From the IMG/VR virus record IMGVR_UViG_3300021066_000001: DNA of 64,000 nt. One strand, 5' to 3'. A model generated the notes under the pieces. That model ran no database searches. It worked only from the letters and a program-made list of their open reading frames with translations, and had not been told where the DNA came from. The position numbers were made by a program, and so were the translations under genes. Of this stretch, positions 7,841 through 18,707 are shown piece by piece; the first letter of the stretch is position 1, and each line of letters begins with the position of its first letter. This DNA comes from a virus. Taxonomy: Duplodnaviria; Heunggongvirae; Uroviricota; Caudoviricetes.

Positions 7841-10450
7841 ATGTCCCTGCTCCTTGCGAACCAGGGTGGGGGTGGAGTTGTACATGACGGAGCTGCTACC
7901 CTAAGCAGCTCCGGTTCTCTCTCCGCGGTAGCTAACAACGAAAACCGGTCAGCCGCAGTTCTTGCTGGCGCAGGTACCGTTTCGGCTGTCGCAAGAAACG
8001 AGAGCCGCGCCGCTGCCACGTTAGCTGGCGCAGGAACGGTCGCTCCAGCAGCTAGCAACGAGAGCCGAGCTGTCGCCACGTTGGCTGGCGCAGGGACGGT
8101 CACACCGACGGCTGTCAATGAAAACCGCGCAGCGACCGCTCTCAGCGGATCTAGCACCGTCGCCGCCGCGGCTAAGAACGAAAACCGAGCAACTTCAAGT
8201 CTAGCCGGCGCAGGCAGCGTCTCGGCGGTCGCTTCCGTCGTTCGGACACACGACGCAGCTAGCGCGCTAGCTGGAGCTGGAACTCTCTCAGCTTCGGCGC
8301 AGAGTGAAGCTCGATCCTCGGCGACGCTGACAGGTACCGGCACCGTTGCGGCTGTCGCTACAAACGAGAGCCGCGGGTCAACCTCTCTCGCCGGCAGCTC
8401 AACGCTATCTCCATCAGCTCAAAACGAAAATCGAGCCGCTACGACGTTAGCTGGAGCAGGCTCGATCGCTCTAGCAGGCACAGTCGAGAGTCGAGCTGCG
8501 GCTTCGCTATCAAGTTCTAGCGCTCTTAGCGCGTCAGGAAGCATCGAGACCCGCGCCGAAGCTACGTTAGCAGGGGCAAGCACCGTCACCGCCGCAGCTC
8601 GGAGCGAGAGCCGAGCAGCTGCGACTCTGAGCGGAGCAAGCGCTCTCTCGGCCGCAGCGACGAACGAGAGCCGCGGCTCTACTACGCTCGCTGGCGCAGG
8701 AACCCTGTCCGCGGCTTCCGTTCTGGTTCTAGCCTCCGCCGCGTCGCTAAGCGGGCAGGGCTCTCTAAGCAGCTCGGCGACCAACGAGAGCCGCGCAGCG
8801 GCTTCTCTAAACGGTGTCGGCGCGCTCGTCGCGGTCGCCCAGAGCGAGAGCCGCGCCGCCGCGACGTTAGCTTCTAGCTCGACGTTAGCAGCTTCAGCCC
8901 GGAAGGAGGTTAGAGCCGCGGCTTCGTTAACGGGCGAGGGAGCGGTCGTGCCTGTCGCGCGAAGCGAGGCTCGGGGAGCTGCAGCTCTTGACGGAGCAAG
9001 CACCCTATCTGCGACAGGCAAGATCGAGACTCGCGGCGAGGCGACGTTAGCAGGATCAAGCGCTCTGGCAGCCGCGGCTCAGAACGAAAATCAAGCTGCG
9101 GCGGTTCTCGAGTCTGCGAGCGCCGTCGTGGGCGCGGCTCAGAACGAAGCTAGGTCAGCGTCGTCGCTAGCAGGAGCTAGCTCGATCAACGCCCACGCTA
9201 GCAACGAAAATCGAGGAGCTTCTACTCTCGAGGGCGCGAGCGCTCTAGCTGCGACAGGCAAGATTGAAAAGCGTGCGGCTGCTGCTCTCGCGGCTGCAAG
9301 CACGCTAGAGGCCGCGGCGCGAAGCGAAGCTAACGCGACCGCTCAGCTTGCGAGCAGCAGCTCGATCATCGCCTCCGCCAGAAATGAAAATCGCGGAGCT
9401 TCATCGCTTAACGGGGCGGCCATCCTGGCCGCAACTGCTCAAAGTGAAAGCCGGGCAGCTGCTGGGCTTGAGGGGGCTGGCGCTCTGTCGGGGACCGCCA
9501 CCAATGAAAATCGGGCGAGCGCGTCCCTGACCGGTGACGGTACGGTTACGCCGACAGCTTCGAGCGAGAGCCGCGCCGGCGCGTCCCTCTCTGGCACCGG
9601 CGCGTTAACCGCTACAGCTTCGCGAATCAGAAACGTTGCGGCGCTGCTAGCTGGTCAGAGCTCCCTAGAAAGCGCCGCTGCAAGCGAGAGCCGGGGTGCG
9701 GCGGCGCTGTCTAGCAACAGCGCGCTCACCCCAGCGGCGACGATCGATAGCCGCGGCGCGGCTTCTCTCTCTGGGTCCGCGGCGATCATCGCGACGGCTC
9801 AGAACGAAGCTCGAGCCGCCGTCACTCTGCCAGGCATCGGCGCTCTGTCTGGGGTCGCTAGCAACGAGAGTCGAGCTGTCTCGACGCTCGAGAGCTCAAG
9901 CGCGCTGTCGGGGGCAGGTAAGCTCGAGAAGCGCGCGGCCGCGGCTCTGCCAGGCATCGGCGCGCTATCAGCAGCTGCGGTAAAGGAGATCAGGGCGACC
10001 GCGTCGCTCTCGAGCAACAGCACGGTCACGCCAGAAGCTTCAAACGAGAGCCGAGGGAGCACGACTCTCTCAAGCTCTAGCGCCGTCACTCCCTCAGCGA
10101 CGACGGAGAACAGAGCCCAAGGCGAGTTGGCTGGCGAGAGCGCCGTCTCAGCCTCCGCGTCCAAGATCGTCAGCGGCAAGTCGACGCTCCTCGGATCAGC
10201 TAGCCTCGTAGCCGTCGCGCGGGTTGACTCTAACACCCGCGCGTCACCAGCTAGCTTTAGAGGTGATGATGACAGGACAACCGAAAGGGACTATCTCACC
10301 TTCGAGATCCTCTTTGACGGAGAGACCTACCTCAAGAGGATCGAGATCGAGCCAGGCAATCCAAGGGTCTACGTCAAGCGGAGATCTGCGAGCAAGACGC
10401 CAGACGAAGAGATTAATGTGGCTATTAAGTTAAGGCTAAATAGTCAGTGA
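7841..10450 (+). CDS. Ala/Ser/Gly-rich repeat protein (about 40 x 20-aa repeats), probable fibre
   Basis: repeat consensus AAATLAGAGTVxAxAxNESR; 60-nt periodicity. Confidence 0.8.
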   Translation: MSLLLANQGGGGVVHDGAATLSSSGSLSAVANNENRSAAVLAGAGTVSAVARNESRAAATLAGAGTVAPAASNESRAVATLAGAGTVTPTAVNENRAATALSGSSTVAAAAKNENRATSSLAGAGSVSAVASVVRTHDAASALAGAGTLSASAQSEARSSATLTGTGTVAAVATNESRGSTSLAGSSTLSPSAQNENRAATTLAGAGSIALAGTVESRAAASLSSSSALSASGSIETRAEATLAGASTVTAAARSESRAAATLSGASALSAAATNESRGSTTLAGAGTLSAASVLVLASAASLSGQGSLSSSATNESRAAASLNGVGALVAVAQSESRAAATLASSSTLAASARKEVRAAASLTGEGAVVPVARSEARGAAALDGASTLSATGKIETRGEATLAGSSALAAAAQNENQAAAVLESASAVVGAAQNEARSASSLAGASSINAHASNENRGASTLEGASALAATGKIEKRAAAALAAASTLEAAARSEANATAQLASSSSIIASARNENRGASSLNGAAILAATAQSESRAAAGLEGAGALSGTATNENRASASLTGDGTVTPTASSESRAGASLSGTGALTATASRIRNVAALLAGQSSLESAAASESRGAAALSSNSALTPAATIDSRGAASLSGSAAIIATAQNEARAAVTLPGIGALSGVASNESRAVSTLESSSALSGAGKLEKRAAAALPGIGALSAAAVKEIRATASLSSNSTVTPEASNESRGSTTLSSSSAVTPSATTENRAQGELAGESAVSASASKIVSGKSTLLGSASLVAVARVDSNTRASPASFRGDDDRTTERDYLTFEILFDGETYLKRIEIEPGNPRVYVKRRSASKTPDEEINVAIKLRLNSQ

Positions 10451-11325
10451 TGATCTTCAAACTCGGCGAGCCAACCACGTTTGAATTTGAGATGCAGGTC
10501 ACGGGAACCGTGAGCGGGGTTCCCGTGGGGCACTTCACGATCAAAAACCCGGAGAGCGTCGCGATCTCGATCCCTGCGAACCAGAAGAGCGCAGGGGTCT
10601 GGGAGGTCACGGTTCCTCCGCTAGATCGTTACCTCGACGTCGGTACTTACCCTTGTGAGATCGCGATCGTCATCGGCGGTCATCACTTCGTTCCGATCGT
10701 CAACACGTGTGAGGTGCGAGAGAACGACAAACCAGTCGTTTCAGGGGCTAAGATTACCTCTGACTTCGACGATCTCGCGGCTCCGTCGGTGACCGTTCAG
10801 GTGATGGAGCCTGGAACCGAGAAGCCTCAGGAGAAGAAGGACGAGATGAGGGCCGAAGAAAAGGCTCCCACAATTAAAGCCCCGATCAACCTCCCTGAGG
10901 AGAAGCCTAAGGTCATCGAGGTGCAACCAGAGCCAGTGAAGTTTGAACCGTTAATTGAGACGTCCGTGGGGGCGAAGTCAGAAGAAAAATCCATTCCAGA
11001 AGCTCCCTTGAAGACTGAGGAGCCACCTCGAGAGACACCCGAAGAGAAGCTTAGAAGAATCTTTGGTTTACCAGAAGAAAAGCAGCACGAAACACGTAAG
11101 CTTGAGGAAAAGCGAAAGCTAGAAGCTAAGTTGCTCGAGGAAAAGAGAAAGTTAGAAGCTAAGTTAGCTGAGAGGAAGAAGCTAGAAGAGAAGCGACTTG
11201 AGGAGAAAAAGCCTGGGTCTTTCGCTGCTTATGTAGGTGCTAAGAGAGCTGTACGTCCGGTTGAAGAGAAGAAGAAGCAAGAGGTAGATGCTCTTCTAGG
11301 GCAAATGTTGAAGAAATTTCACTAG
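10447..11325 (+). CDS. hypothetical protein, paralog of 18708-19232, Glu/Lys-rich tail
   Basis: shared MIxFKxGExxTFEFEM N-terminus. Confidence 0.7.
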   Translation: MMIFKLGEPTTFEFEMQVTGTVSGVPVGHFTIKNPESVAISIPANQKSAGVWEVTVPPLDRYLDVGTYPCEIAIVIGGHHFVPIVNTCEVRENDKPVVSGAKITSDFDDLAAPSVTVQVMEPGTEKPQEKKDEMRAEEKAPTIKAPINLPEEKPKVIEVQPEPVKFEPLIETSVGAKSEEKSIPEAPLKTEEPPRETPEEKLRRIFGLPEEKQHETRKLEEKRKLEAKLLEEKRKLEAKLAERKKLEEKRLEEKKPGSFAAYVGAKRAVRPVEEKKKQEVDALLGQMLKKFH

Positions 11326-11371
11326 AAAAATGTTTGAAACAATGAGCTTGTATTCAAATAATCGATCGTAA

Positions 11372-11800
11372 ATGAAAACATTCGAGGTTAGATGTCTAGC
11401 AAATTGTACCGACCCTGCACATGAGTCGGTGCGGCTAGCTAATCGAATTTTGCACGTCTATAACTCAGACACTGATGCTCCAGTAGAGTGGCAAAGCCAA
11501 GAATTTGATACTCATGGACACACTGAAGTTATTGAACCGGAAGTAGTTGTAGCGCAAGAATATCGAGAATGGGATCCTTTCGTCTTCTTGAATAGGTTTA
11601 CCGTCCAAGAGCGAGTAACCATCAGAACGAGGGCAAAAACTGATCCCGTCGCGGAGGACATCATCCACCTTCTGGATATCGCAGCCGCCTCTGGGAGGAA
11701 GGTGACAAACACTAGCAGTGAGACTCTCCAGAGCATGGCCCATCTAGTTTCTGTTGGGATCCTAACGCAAGAAAGAGCAAATCAAATTCTCTATGTATAA
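11372..11800 (+). CDS. hypothetical, possible tail-fibre assembly protein
   Basis: position before fibre genes. Confidence 0.55.
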   Translation: MKTFEVRCLANCTDPAHESVRLANRILHVYNSDTDAPVEWQSQEFDTHGHTEVIEPEVVVAQEYREWDPFVFLNRFTVQERVTIRTRAKTDPVAEDIIHLLDIAAASGRKVTNTSSETLQSMAHLVSVGILTQERANQILYV

Positions 11801-12314
11801 GGTCTATTGCAAGGACACGTGTCGTAACTTAACACATCATGTTCGGGATGAAAATCGCCTCATTCACATGTACAACGGCGAAAAGACAGAATGGATAGGT
11901 TTTGATTTTCATGACCATGACCACGTTTATGAGCCAGACCCCAATTTGGATGATGGAATTCCGGCCAACGTGATATCGCTCTCTACGGCGGTCATAGGAG
12001 AGGTTGGAGTGTTCTTGATGCACTTCCCCAAGAAGGGAACGTTCTATCCTGAGCACAGGCACCCGTATGAACACGCCTTGATGCTGGTTGCTGGTTCATT
12101 TATGGTCAAGGTAGACGGCAAGGAAAATATCTTCAAGGCTCCAAAGATCTTATACATCGCCAAGGAGACCGAGCATGAAATTTACGCTCTCGAAGACAAG
12201 TCGGTGGCTTGCTGCTTGAGCAACGCTGTTGGCCAAGAAAGCGTCATTCCTGCGTCTTCAATTCCTCCCTCTGCTAAGCATCTTGTTCCAAGCCACCTAA
12301 TCGTAGACGGTTAA
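11793..12314 (+). CDS. cupin-domain protein
   Basis: PEHRHPYEH...GSFMVKVDG...EHEI cupin motifs. Confidence 0.65.
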   Translation: MYKVYCKDTCRNLTHHVRDENRLIHMYNGEKTEWIGFDFHDHDHVYEPDPNLDDGIPANVISLSTAVIGEVGVFLMHFPKKGTFYPEHRHPYEHALMLVAGSFMVKVDGKENIFKAPKILYIAKETEHEIYALEDKSVACCLSNAVGQESVIPASSIPPSAKHLVPSHLIVDG

Positions 12315-12320
12315 TAGCGC

Positions 12321-14555
12321 ATGCCTGACTTTTACTGTGATCATAACGCGGCTCAGTACCACTCTGGTGGATACCCTGCCTCGTCCCCAACGTGGAACAC
12401 CCCGGAGGACGGAGACGGCAAGGCCGCCACGGGCGGCACCGTAGCTACGGCCTCTGTCGACTTTGCGTCTCAGGGTTCTGCTCCGACTAGCGGCGGAGTT
12501 TCGATCTTTGGATCAACTGTGATCACGCCCACGTACAATGCTACTCCTGCGACCATGGCAACCAACATGGCTAGCGCCATCAACTCGTCCACGGCCGTGA
12601 TCACCTCGGCTTGGTTTGACGGCACTTATAGCGCGCCGCGGGTCAACACCACGGTATGGGCGAGAGCGACAGGCGCCGTGTGCGAGATCATGGCCAGGGT
12701 AGCCACCACGAAGTTAAATGATTCAGGAGCCAATACAAGCATCATCCCAAACTTCGCTGGGCACTCTGGAACTATCACGACGAACCAATTTACAGGCGGG
12801 GTCTCTGGCCCATGGCGCTATTTTTACAATGAAGCCTCCTTGCCTCAAACCATCAACGGCGGCGCGGTGACGGTCGCTACTTATGGAGCATGGATTTCGA
12901 CGGTGTGGGGGAACGGAACGGGGGCGGGTGATAAGATTCACGTCAGATCTGCTACGTCATCCACTGTAACGATAACAATTGCTTCTCCTGGGGTTATTTC
13001 TTGGACTAACCATAGATTAACCTCAGGAGCCCCAGTTGTATTCAGCACAACAGGTGCTTTACCCACTGGGATAACCGCTGGTACGACCTATTTTGTCATC
13101 TCTTCAGGTCTCACCGCGGATGCTTTTCAGATTTCAACGACGGTGGGTGGATCAGCGGTAAACACTTCAGGTTCTCAGTCAGGCACTCACACCGCGGTAG
13201 GTTCAAAGTGCTTCTCTCACACTTATTCATCGTCTACGCTAGGCCCAACTTCAAATCGAGAAGTCACTATCATCATCGATGATGGTTTAAAGTGGTCAGA
13301 AGCTGGGACATTTACCATCTACATAACGAACTCCTCTTTCGCTCACGGAACCCACTTTGCTGGTAGGAATCTAAAGTTTGTCGGCAATGGTAGATTCGTT
13401 ATTGATGTTAATGTACAAAGCACTAGTACAAAGATGTTTTCGTTAGGAAGTCATGGTACTGGTGGTAACACTTGGTACAATATAATGGAAGGTTTAGAAC
13501 TACGTATTAACAATAGCTCAACTTCAGGAGCGTTTGCGTGTATTCAACTTCCCGCTCATAGCTCTTCCACTACTTTCCATCAATACCGTTATTGCAAGCT
13601 TAGAAACCTAAAGTCTAATAACTTTGTTGGAAATACTATCCAACCCTACGGGCAGCATGCATCCCCGAGAATGGGAGATGTTCTGGAAGGCTGCGAGTTT
13701 ACATGGAAGGGGTTGTTGTCACAGCCCACCGCTGGCATAGTAAAGCCTAATGGCAATACTACGCCTAATGGAACTATATTGAGAATAAAAGATTGCGTCT
13801 TCTACGATGAAGACGATGCTACTAAGACATTCAAATTATTTGACGGAGGCTTTCAAGGCACCCAGGCGGCGACCGCTCTGAATCAAATTGTGTTCGAGAA
13901 CTGCGGTGGCTCACTAAAGACAGCTCCAGCTGATATCTCTTTCGGTATCCTAGGCAAGTACACCGGTACTAATCCAAGTCCTGAGTTGCTCAGCTACGGG
14001 TTGTTAACCACTAAAGATCGGAAGATATATCGATATGAAAATCCGGTCGGGTATACCGAGTGGATCGGCGCCGAGTCCCCGTGGCCATACTACAACGCGA
14101 TGCTAGATGACGGAACTCTATGGTCCTTGAGGTCATTGTGGTTCGGTCAATATCTAGGTCTTCACTGCACATATACCGCAGCTAGACTAAACATGTTTTA
14201 CACCGCGACCGCAGCTACAAAAACGGTGAACGTCTACATCCTATGCTCTGACGACATCGCCCAAGCAGATATCAATCCCTGCAATCTTCGGCTGTCGATC
14301 TGCTATATCGACAGCTCTGGTAACATCAGAAAGCAACAGACCAAGTATGGGTCCACCACGCAGTATGCAGCTGGCCCCGCTTGGACGCAGTCGTCACCTT
14401 ACAATAACTATTTCTCGAAAAAATTGACGTTGACAACTGAATTTGCTATCAAACAGAATACGGAGATAACAGCCACTTTGAGTTATCACGGCGTCTGTCC
14501 AGCTTCGACCAACGGTAAGTATATCTTCATCAATCCGGAATTAGATCTGACATAA
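12321..14555 (+). CDS. putative tail fibre/receptor-binding protein
   Basis: 744-aa Thr/Ser/Gly-rich ORF in late operon, lower GC. Confidence 0.6.
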   Translation: MPDFYCDHNAAQYHSGGYPASSPTWNTPEDGDGKAATGGTVATASVDFASQGSAPTSGGVSIFGSTVITPTYNATPATMATNMASAINSSTAVITSAWFDGTYSAPRVNTTVWARATGAVCEIMARVATTKLNDSGANTSIIPNFAGHSGTITTNQFTGGVSGPWRYFYNEASLPQTINGGAVTVATYGAWISTVWGNGTGAGDKIHVRSATSSTVTITIASPGVISWTNHRLTSGAPVVFSTTGALPTGITAGTTYFVISSGLTADAFQISTTVGGSAVNTSGSQSGTHTAVGSKCFSHTYSSSTLGPTSNREVTIIIDDGLKWSEAGTFTIYITNSSFAHGTHFAGRNLKFVGNGRFVIDVNVQSTSTKMFSLGSHGTGGNTWYNIMEGLELRINNSSTSGAFACIQLPAHSSSTTFHQYRYCKLRNLKSNNFVGNTIQPYGQHASPRMGDVLEGCEFTWKGLLSQPTAGIVKPNGNTTPNGTILRIKDCVFYDEDDATKTFKLFDGGFQGTQAATALNQIVFENCGGSLKTAPADISFGILGKYTGTNPSPELLSYGLLTTKDRKIYRYENPVGYTEWIGAESPWPYYNAMLDDGTLWSLRSLWFGQYLGLHCTYTAARLNMFYTATAATKTVNVYILCSDDIAQADINPCNLRLSICYIDSSGNIRKQQTKYGSTTQYAAGPAWTQSSPYNNYFSKKLTLTTEFAIKQNTEITATLSYHGVCPASTNGKYIFINPELDLT

Positions 14556-14977
14556 TGGCTTCACTGATAAGTCACTCTCCGTTCTTACCGGCCACTAACA
14601 CCGTAGATTCGGGATTCAAGGGGGCGTATCCACATAATAACGCGGTAATTTCTAGACCAAGAGATCCAGCCGCAGCTTGGCTTACGGTGGGCTTTGTATT
14701 GCAAAATGCGCAGATCGGATCCAGATACGCGATACTGCGGCAGTCTAACAACGAGGTGCTTGCTAGCGGTACCATATCGTCCGACCCTCAAACTATTCAA
14801 GTATCATGGTTTGGCCCGATCGGTGACAACACCGTTTTGGTCAAGCTGCGCAAGGGTAGCTCGTCACAAAAATATCAACCGTTCACGACGGTGGCGTCGG
14901 TGACGCCAACTGGATTCATCCAGATCTCTCCAGGAACTTCGGTATTCGTTGTCCAGATCCCAGATTCGATCGCTTAA
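14555..14977 (+). CDS. putative virion protein
   Basis: TAATG coupling. Confidence 0.6.
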   Translation: MASLISHSPFLPATNTVDSGFKGAYPHNNAVISRPRDPAAAWLTVGFVLQNAQIGSRYAILRQSNNEVLASGTISSDPQTIQVSWFGPIGDNTVLVKLRKGSSSQKYQPFTTVASVTPTGFIQISPGTSVFVVQIPDSIA

Positions 14978-15027
14978 GAGCCCGCTTACCGCGTAGGAGT
15001 AAATAGACCATCTTTGGAGATCATTGA

Positions 15028-17496
15028 ATGAGCGACACGATCCTAGGTGGCCGTTGGATAGTTTACTACGAAGCTGAGAATCGTCAGAAGCGGCTCGTTC
15101 GGGATACTTCTGTCTCTCCGACGACGATCGACACCGCCAACCAGGTTTACTCGGCTCTTCAAGACCTGTTCGACGAGCTCACTCAGATGGACGACGGCAT
15201 TCCGATGTCGGCTCAAACGCCGACCGAGTACACGATCGGCATCATCGAGTCAGGCGACAAGGATCCGTGGTTCATCGACCGCACCTCGGTCGAGTACCTC
15301 AAGGGTGGCTCGCTCAAGACCGCTTCGTGGGCTCGCTCCACTGGCACGAACACCGGCATCGTTCGCATCACCTACACGACGGGCACCGACTTCGTCGCGT
15401 CTGACATCGGCAAGACCGTCACGAACGCGACCGGCGGTGACTCTGGCACTCTCCTCGACTTCAACAACGTCGGCGCCACGAAGTACGCGTGGATCCGCCC
15501 GGCGTCTAACGCGGCCGCAAACGACTGGGACTCGACCTCTGGTACCGTCTCGGTCACGGGCGGCACTGGAAGCGTCACCCAAGCGTCGGCCGCTGTCTCA
15601 GGCGAGTCGCTCTGGGCGAACATCTACTCGATCGGCTCGCTGGTCGACTTCACTCACCTCTACGTCTACCAGGGGTCGCCCGCGGCGGTTCTCAGGAAGT
15701 ACAAGAGCACGACCGAAGATTGGTGGAGCGATGGCCACATCGACATCTTGGTCAACGTCAAGGAGACCGGCACGCTGGTCGACCAGGGTTACGTCACGGT
15801 GTTTGCCCGCGAGTACGGCAACACGCAAGACAACTACATCGTCGATCTATCTGCGGGTGGCCGCAACCCGATCCCGCTGTCGACCGGAGGGGATCTAAAC
15901 AATGACACCGGCTATCGCACCTTCACCGGATCCGCGGGCACGGGCACCTTCACGGTCGGTAATTACCTCTACGTCGGAGCGAACTGGGCAGCGGCGACCA
16001 CGAGCGGTAAGCGAGCCCGCATCACCGCGGCGACGACAGGCGCCACCCCGACGATCACGTATTACCTGATCGGCGGCACCGGGGGAGTCATCACTGACTT
16101 TTCGAACGGTGACGCGATCAAGGAGTACACAGGCATCGCAGACGGCGACGCGACCTGCACCGCAGGAACGCCGGCCAACGCGGGTCCCGCCACTTACTCG
16201 ACGGTCACGATCACCCACGCTCAAGACGAATCGGTCGACCTGAACGAGGACGGAACCAACGAGAACTACTCGATCGCGATCGACCTGGCGAGCACTTACA
16301 CGGTGAAGCAGGGTTATGAGCGGACGAAGTACCTCTTCCGCCGTGGCAACACCGACACGACTGACACCGACGGCATTCAGGGCGAACGGTACATCGGCAC
16401 CGAGTATCGCATCACCTACGGTACGCTCACCGGCACGATCGCTGAGGGGGCTACGGTCACTCAGCTTAACTCAAACGCGACCGGTGTGGTCGTCGCTCAT
16501 CACCTCGCCGGCGGCACTCTGCCTGACAAGATCCTCGTGCTACGCAACACGCGCGGCACCTTCAACAACACCGACGACATCAGGGTTGACGGCTCGAACT
16601 ACGTCTCAACCCCCGTCTGCACCTCGATCACTCCGATCAAGGCCGCTCCCTTCGGCACCTTCGCCGGTGGCAAGTGGTTCCTAGCACCTGGCGTCATCTT
16701 GAAGAACTACCTGGCAGCCGACGCTAACAACTTCCAGGCTCTAGATGACTTGGGTACCGTCGTTTCGGCTCCGACCAAGATCACCGTCTCGGTAACTAAC
16801 ACCCGCGCGGGCGACAAGGTGTCGGTCTTCAAGCTGACCGGCGCCGGCGGTTCGATCAAGAAGGACATGTTTACCGGAACCGCTCAGTCGCTGGGTGCGA
16901 CGTCGGTCGTCACCGGCGGAACTATCCCGGCTGACACCGTCGGTCGCTCTACCGGTGGCACGATCATCTTGGTCGACGTGTCGGCGAACGTCGAGTACCG
17001 CCTGCGATTTTCGTCGTGGGCGACCACCACGTTCGTTCTCGCATCCTCTGGCGCGCTGACCGCCGACGCTGGCACCGACACTGACACGATCGTGGATGCC
17101 GGAGCTTTTGCTGGCGCCAAGGTCGGTGACCTGATCAGAAACTCTACTCGTTCCGCGATCTCTTACATCACCACCGTCGTCAGCGACAACCAGGTCGAGA
17201 TCTTTCCGGCGATCGCAGGGCAAACTACAGGTGATTCTTACACGATCAACACTCTCCCCGTGGCTACCACGACGTCCGACACTTATTACGTTCCGCTCCT
17301 CAACTCTTACGAGACTACTGGGTCAGACGGAACGCCTGGCACCGAGTCGGCGGGCTTGACTTATCTGGCTGACATCCCTGTCCTGGTGCGCGCACGCCAA
17401 AAGGGCAGCATGCTCCCGTACTCGACCGAGGCTACGGTGGTAAACACAGGTCTGTCGAACAACATCATCCGCACGCCCGACACCATCGTAACCTAA
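15028..17496 (+). CDS. large putative virion structural protein
   Basis: 822-aa Thr/Gly-rich ORF after TAAATA. Confidence 0.7.
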   Translation: MSDTILGGRWIVYYEAENRQKRLVRDTSVSPTTIDTANQVYSALQDLFDELTQMDDGIPMSAQTPTEYTIGIIESGDKDPWFIDRTSVEYLKGGSLKTASWARSTGTNTGIVRITYTTGTDFVASDIGKTVTNATGGDSGTLLDFNNVGATKYAWIRPASNAAANDWDSTSGTVSVTGGTGSVTQASAAVSGESLWANIYSIGSLVDFTHLYVYQGSPAAVLRKYKSTTEDWWSDGHIDILVNVKETGTLVDQGYVTVFAREYGNTQDNYIVDLSAGGRNPIPLSTGGDLNNDTGYRTFTGSAGTGTFTVGNYLYVGANWAAATTSGKRARITAATTGATPTITYYLIGGTGGVITDFSNGDAIKEYTGIADGDATCTAGTPANAGPATYSTVTITHAQDESVDLNEDGTNENYSIAIDLASTYTVKQGYERTKYLFRRGNTDTTDTDGIQGERYIGTEYRITYGTLTGTIAEGATVTQLNSNATGVVVAHHLAGGTLPDKILVLRNTRGTFNNTDDIRVDGSNYVSTPVCTSITPIKAAPFGTFAGGKWFLAPGVILKNYLAADANNFQALDDLGTVVSAPTKITVSVTNTRAGDKVSVFKLTGAGGSIKKDMFTGTAQSLGATSVVTGGTIPADTVGRSTGGTIILVDVSANVEYRLRFSSWATTTFVLASSGALTADAGTDTDTIVDAGAFAGAKVGDLIRNSTRSAISYITTVVSDNQVEIFPAIAGQTTGDSYTINTLPVATTTSDTYYVPLLNSYETTGSDGTPGTESAGLTYLADIPVLVRARQKGSMLPYSTEATVVNTGLSNNIIRTPDTIVT

Positions 17497-17501
17497 CTCC
17501 C

Positions 17502-17681
17502 ATGGCTCTGACCAAGGAGGAGCTAGGATACGACATCGAGGCGCTCAAGCGGCAGATTGATCGCCGCAAGCAGAACATAGGCGTCTTTGAGTCCGCGATC
17601 ATCGACGAGAGGGTCGCGATCGAGCGAGAGACGCGCATATTATACGAGCTAGAGGCCATCCGAGATGTCGGTAAGAAATGA
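17502..17681 (+). CDS. 59-aa coiled-coil-like protein (below ORF-track cutoff)
   Basis: MALTKEELGYDIEALKRQIDRRKQ... fills the gap between two genes. Confidence 0.55.
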   Translation: MALTKEELGYDIEALKRQIDRRKQNIGVFESAIIDERVAIERETRILYELEAIRDVGKK

Positions 17682-18363
17682 TGTCGTCATCGACTGGAAC
17701 GTGAGCCCGCGGATCATCACCGTTCTCTCACCCTCGCTTGACATCTTGATCCAAGACCTCGTTGATACTTGCCGGTTCAACGAGGAAAAGCTGAGCAACA
17801 TTCAGTACCCCCACATCGTCAGCGCGTCTGGAAAGGACGACCTGGGCGACGGGGTCACTCTCGGGATCACGGCGACTCTCCTCAACGCCAAGCTATCCTT
17901 TCAAGCTAGGCCAGGCCCAACCTTCGTTACCGCCAAGATCAAGGGTGGAAATCTTGTCGCCGTCAACGCGTCCAACGAAACTATGGACGCCGTGCTTCCG
18001 ACTAGCTACGTCAATGTTTTCACGCTAGGCTCAGTCAACTCGACGATCACTAACGCCGCTGAGGGATCAACGGACTGGTCGTCAGATGAGCGCGCTCAGA
18101 TTCGTCACCGGCTCGGAATCGACGGTACGGTTTCTACTCCGTCTGCCACCCCATCTCTCGTCGCTCAAGTCTGGAACTACGTCTCTGAGGGACTCCCTGT
18201 CATCACCTACGTCAAGCGCATGGTCGCCGCGCTGTTCGGCCGGACGTCTGGGGTCGGTACGTCTACCGAGACCTTCAAGTCGATGGACGGCACCAAGGAC
18301 CGGATCCAGATGCAGTACGACGTCAACGGAAACAGGGTTAACCCGACGTTTGATGACTCATGA
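17665..18363 (+). CDS. putative virion protein
   Basis: ORF in late operon. Confidence 0.65.
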   Translation: MSVRNDVVIDWNVSPRIITVLSPSLDILIQDLVDTCRFNEEKLSNIQYPHIVSASGKDDLGDGVTLGITATLLNAKLSFQARPGPTFVTAKIKGGNLVAVNASNETMDAVLPTSYVNVFTLGSVNSTITNAAEGSTDWSSDERAQIRHRLGIDGTVSTPSATPSLVAQVWNYVSEGLPVITYVKRMVAALFGRTSGVGTSTETFKSMDGTKDRIQMQYDVNGNRVNPTFDDS

Positions 18364-18698
18364 AGCTGTTCGGAGCTAAGCTCTTCAACTCCAAGATGTT
18401 TCGCATGAAGCTGATCTTCGGAGTTGAGGTAGAGGTAGTAATTGAACAACCCCCAGTCAGTCCTGGCGGGTTTCCGCATCGAAGACCTGAAGAAGAACGC
18501 CAGACCGCTTATCTTCACTTTCACATGAGGGTAGGTAAAAAGTCGTTCAGAAATACCTTTGAGGTCACCCCTAAGACAGCTCACGTCGTTCAGATGAAGC
18601 TTACCTCTCTCAAGTCGGCTAACGAGAGAGTGTCGATCGCGGTTGATAAATTTGTCGTAACTCCAGTCAGGAACTTCATCAAGCTCTTCTGGAGATAA
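18360..18698 (+). CDS. hypothetical protein
   Basis: ATGA overlap. Confidence 0.6.
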   Translation: MKLFGAKLFNSKMFRMKLIFGVEVEVVIEQPPVSPGGFPHRRPEEERQTAYLHFHMRVGKKSFRNTFEVTPKTAHVVQMKLTSLKSANERVSIAVDKFVVTPVRNFIKLFWR

Positions 18699-18707
18699 AT
18701 AGCTGCT

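Noticed and set aside
11100-11215. Short tandem DNA repeats
   Set aside because: They encode Glu/Lys-rich coiled-coil repeats inside a CDS.
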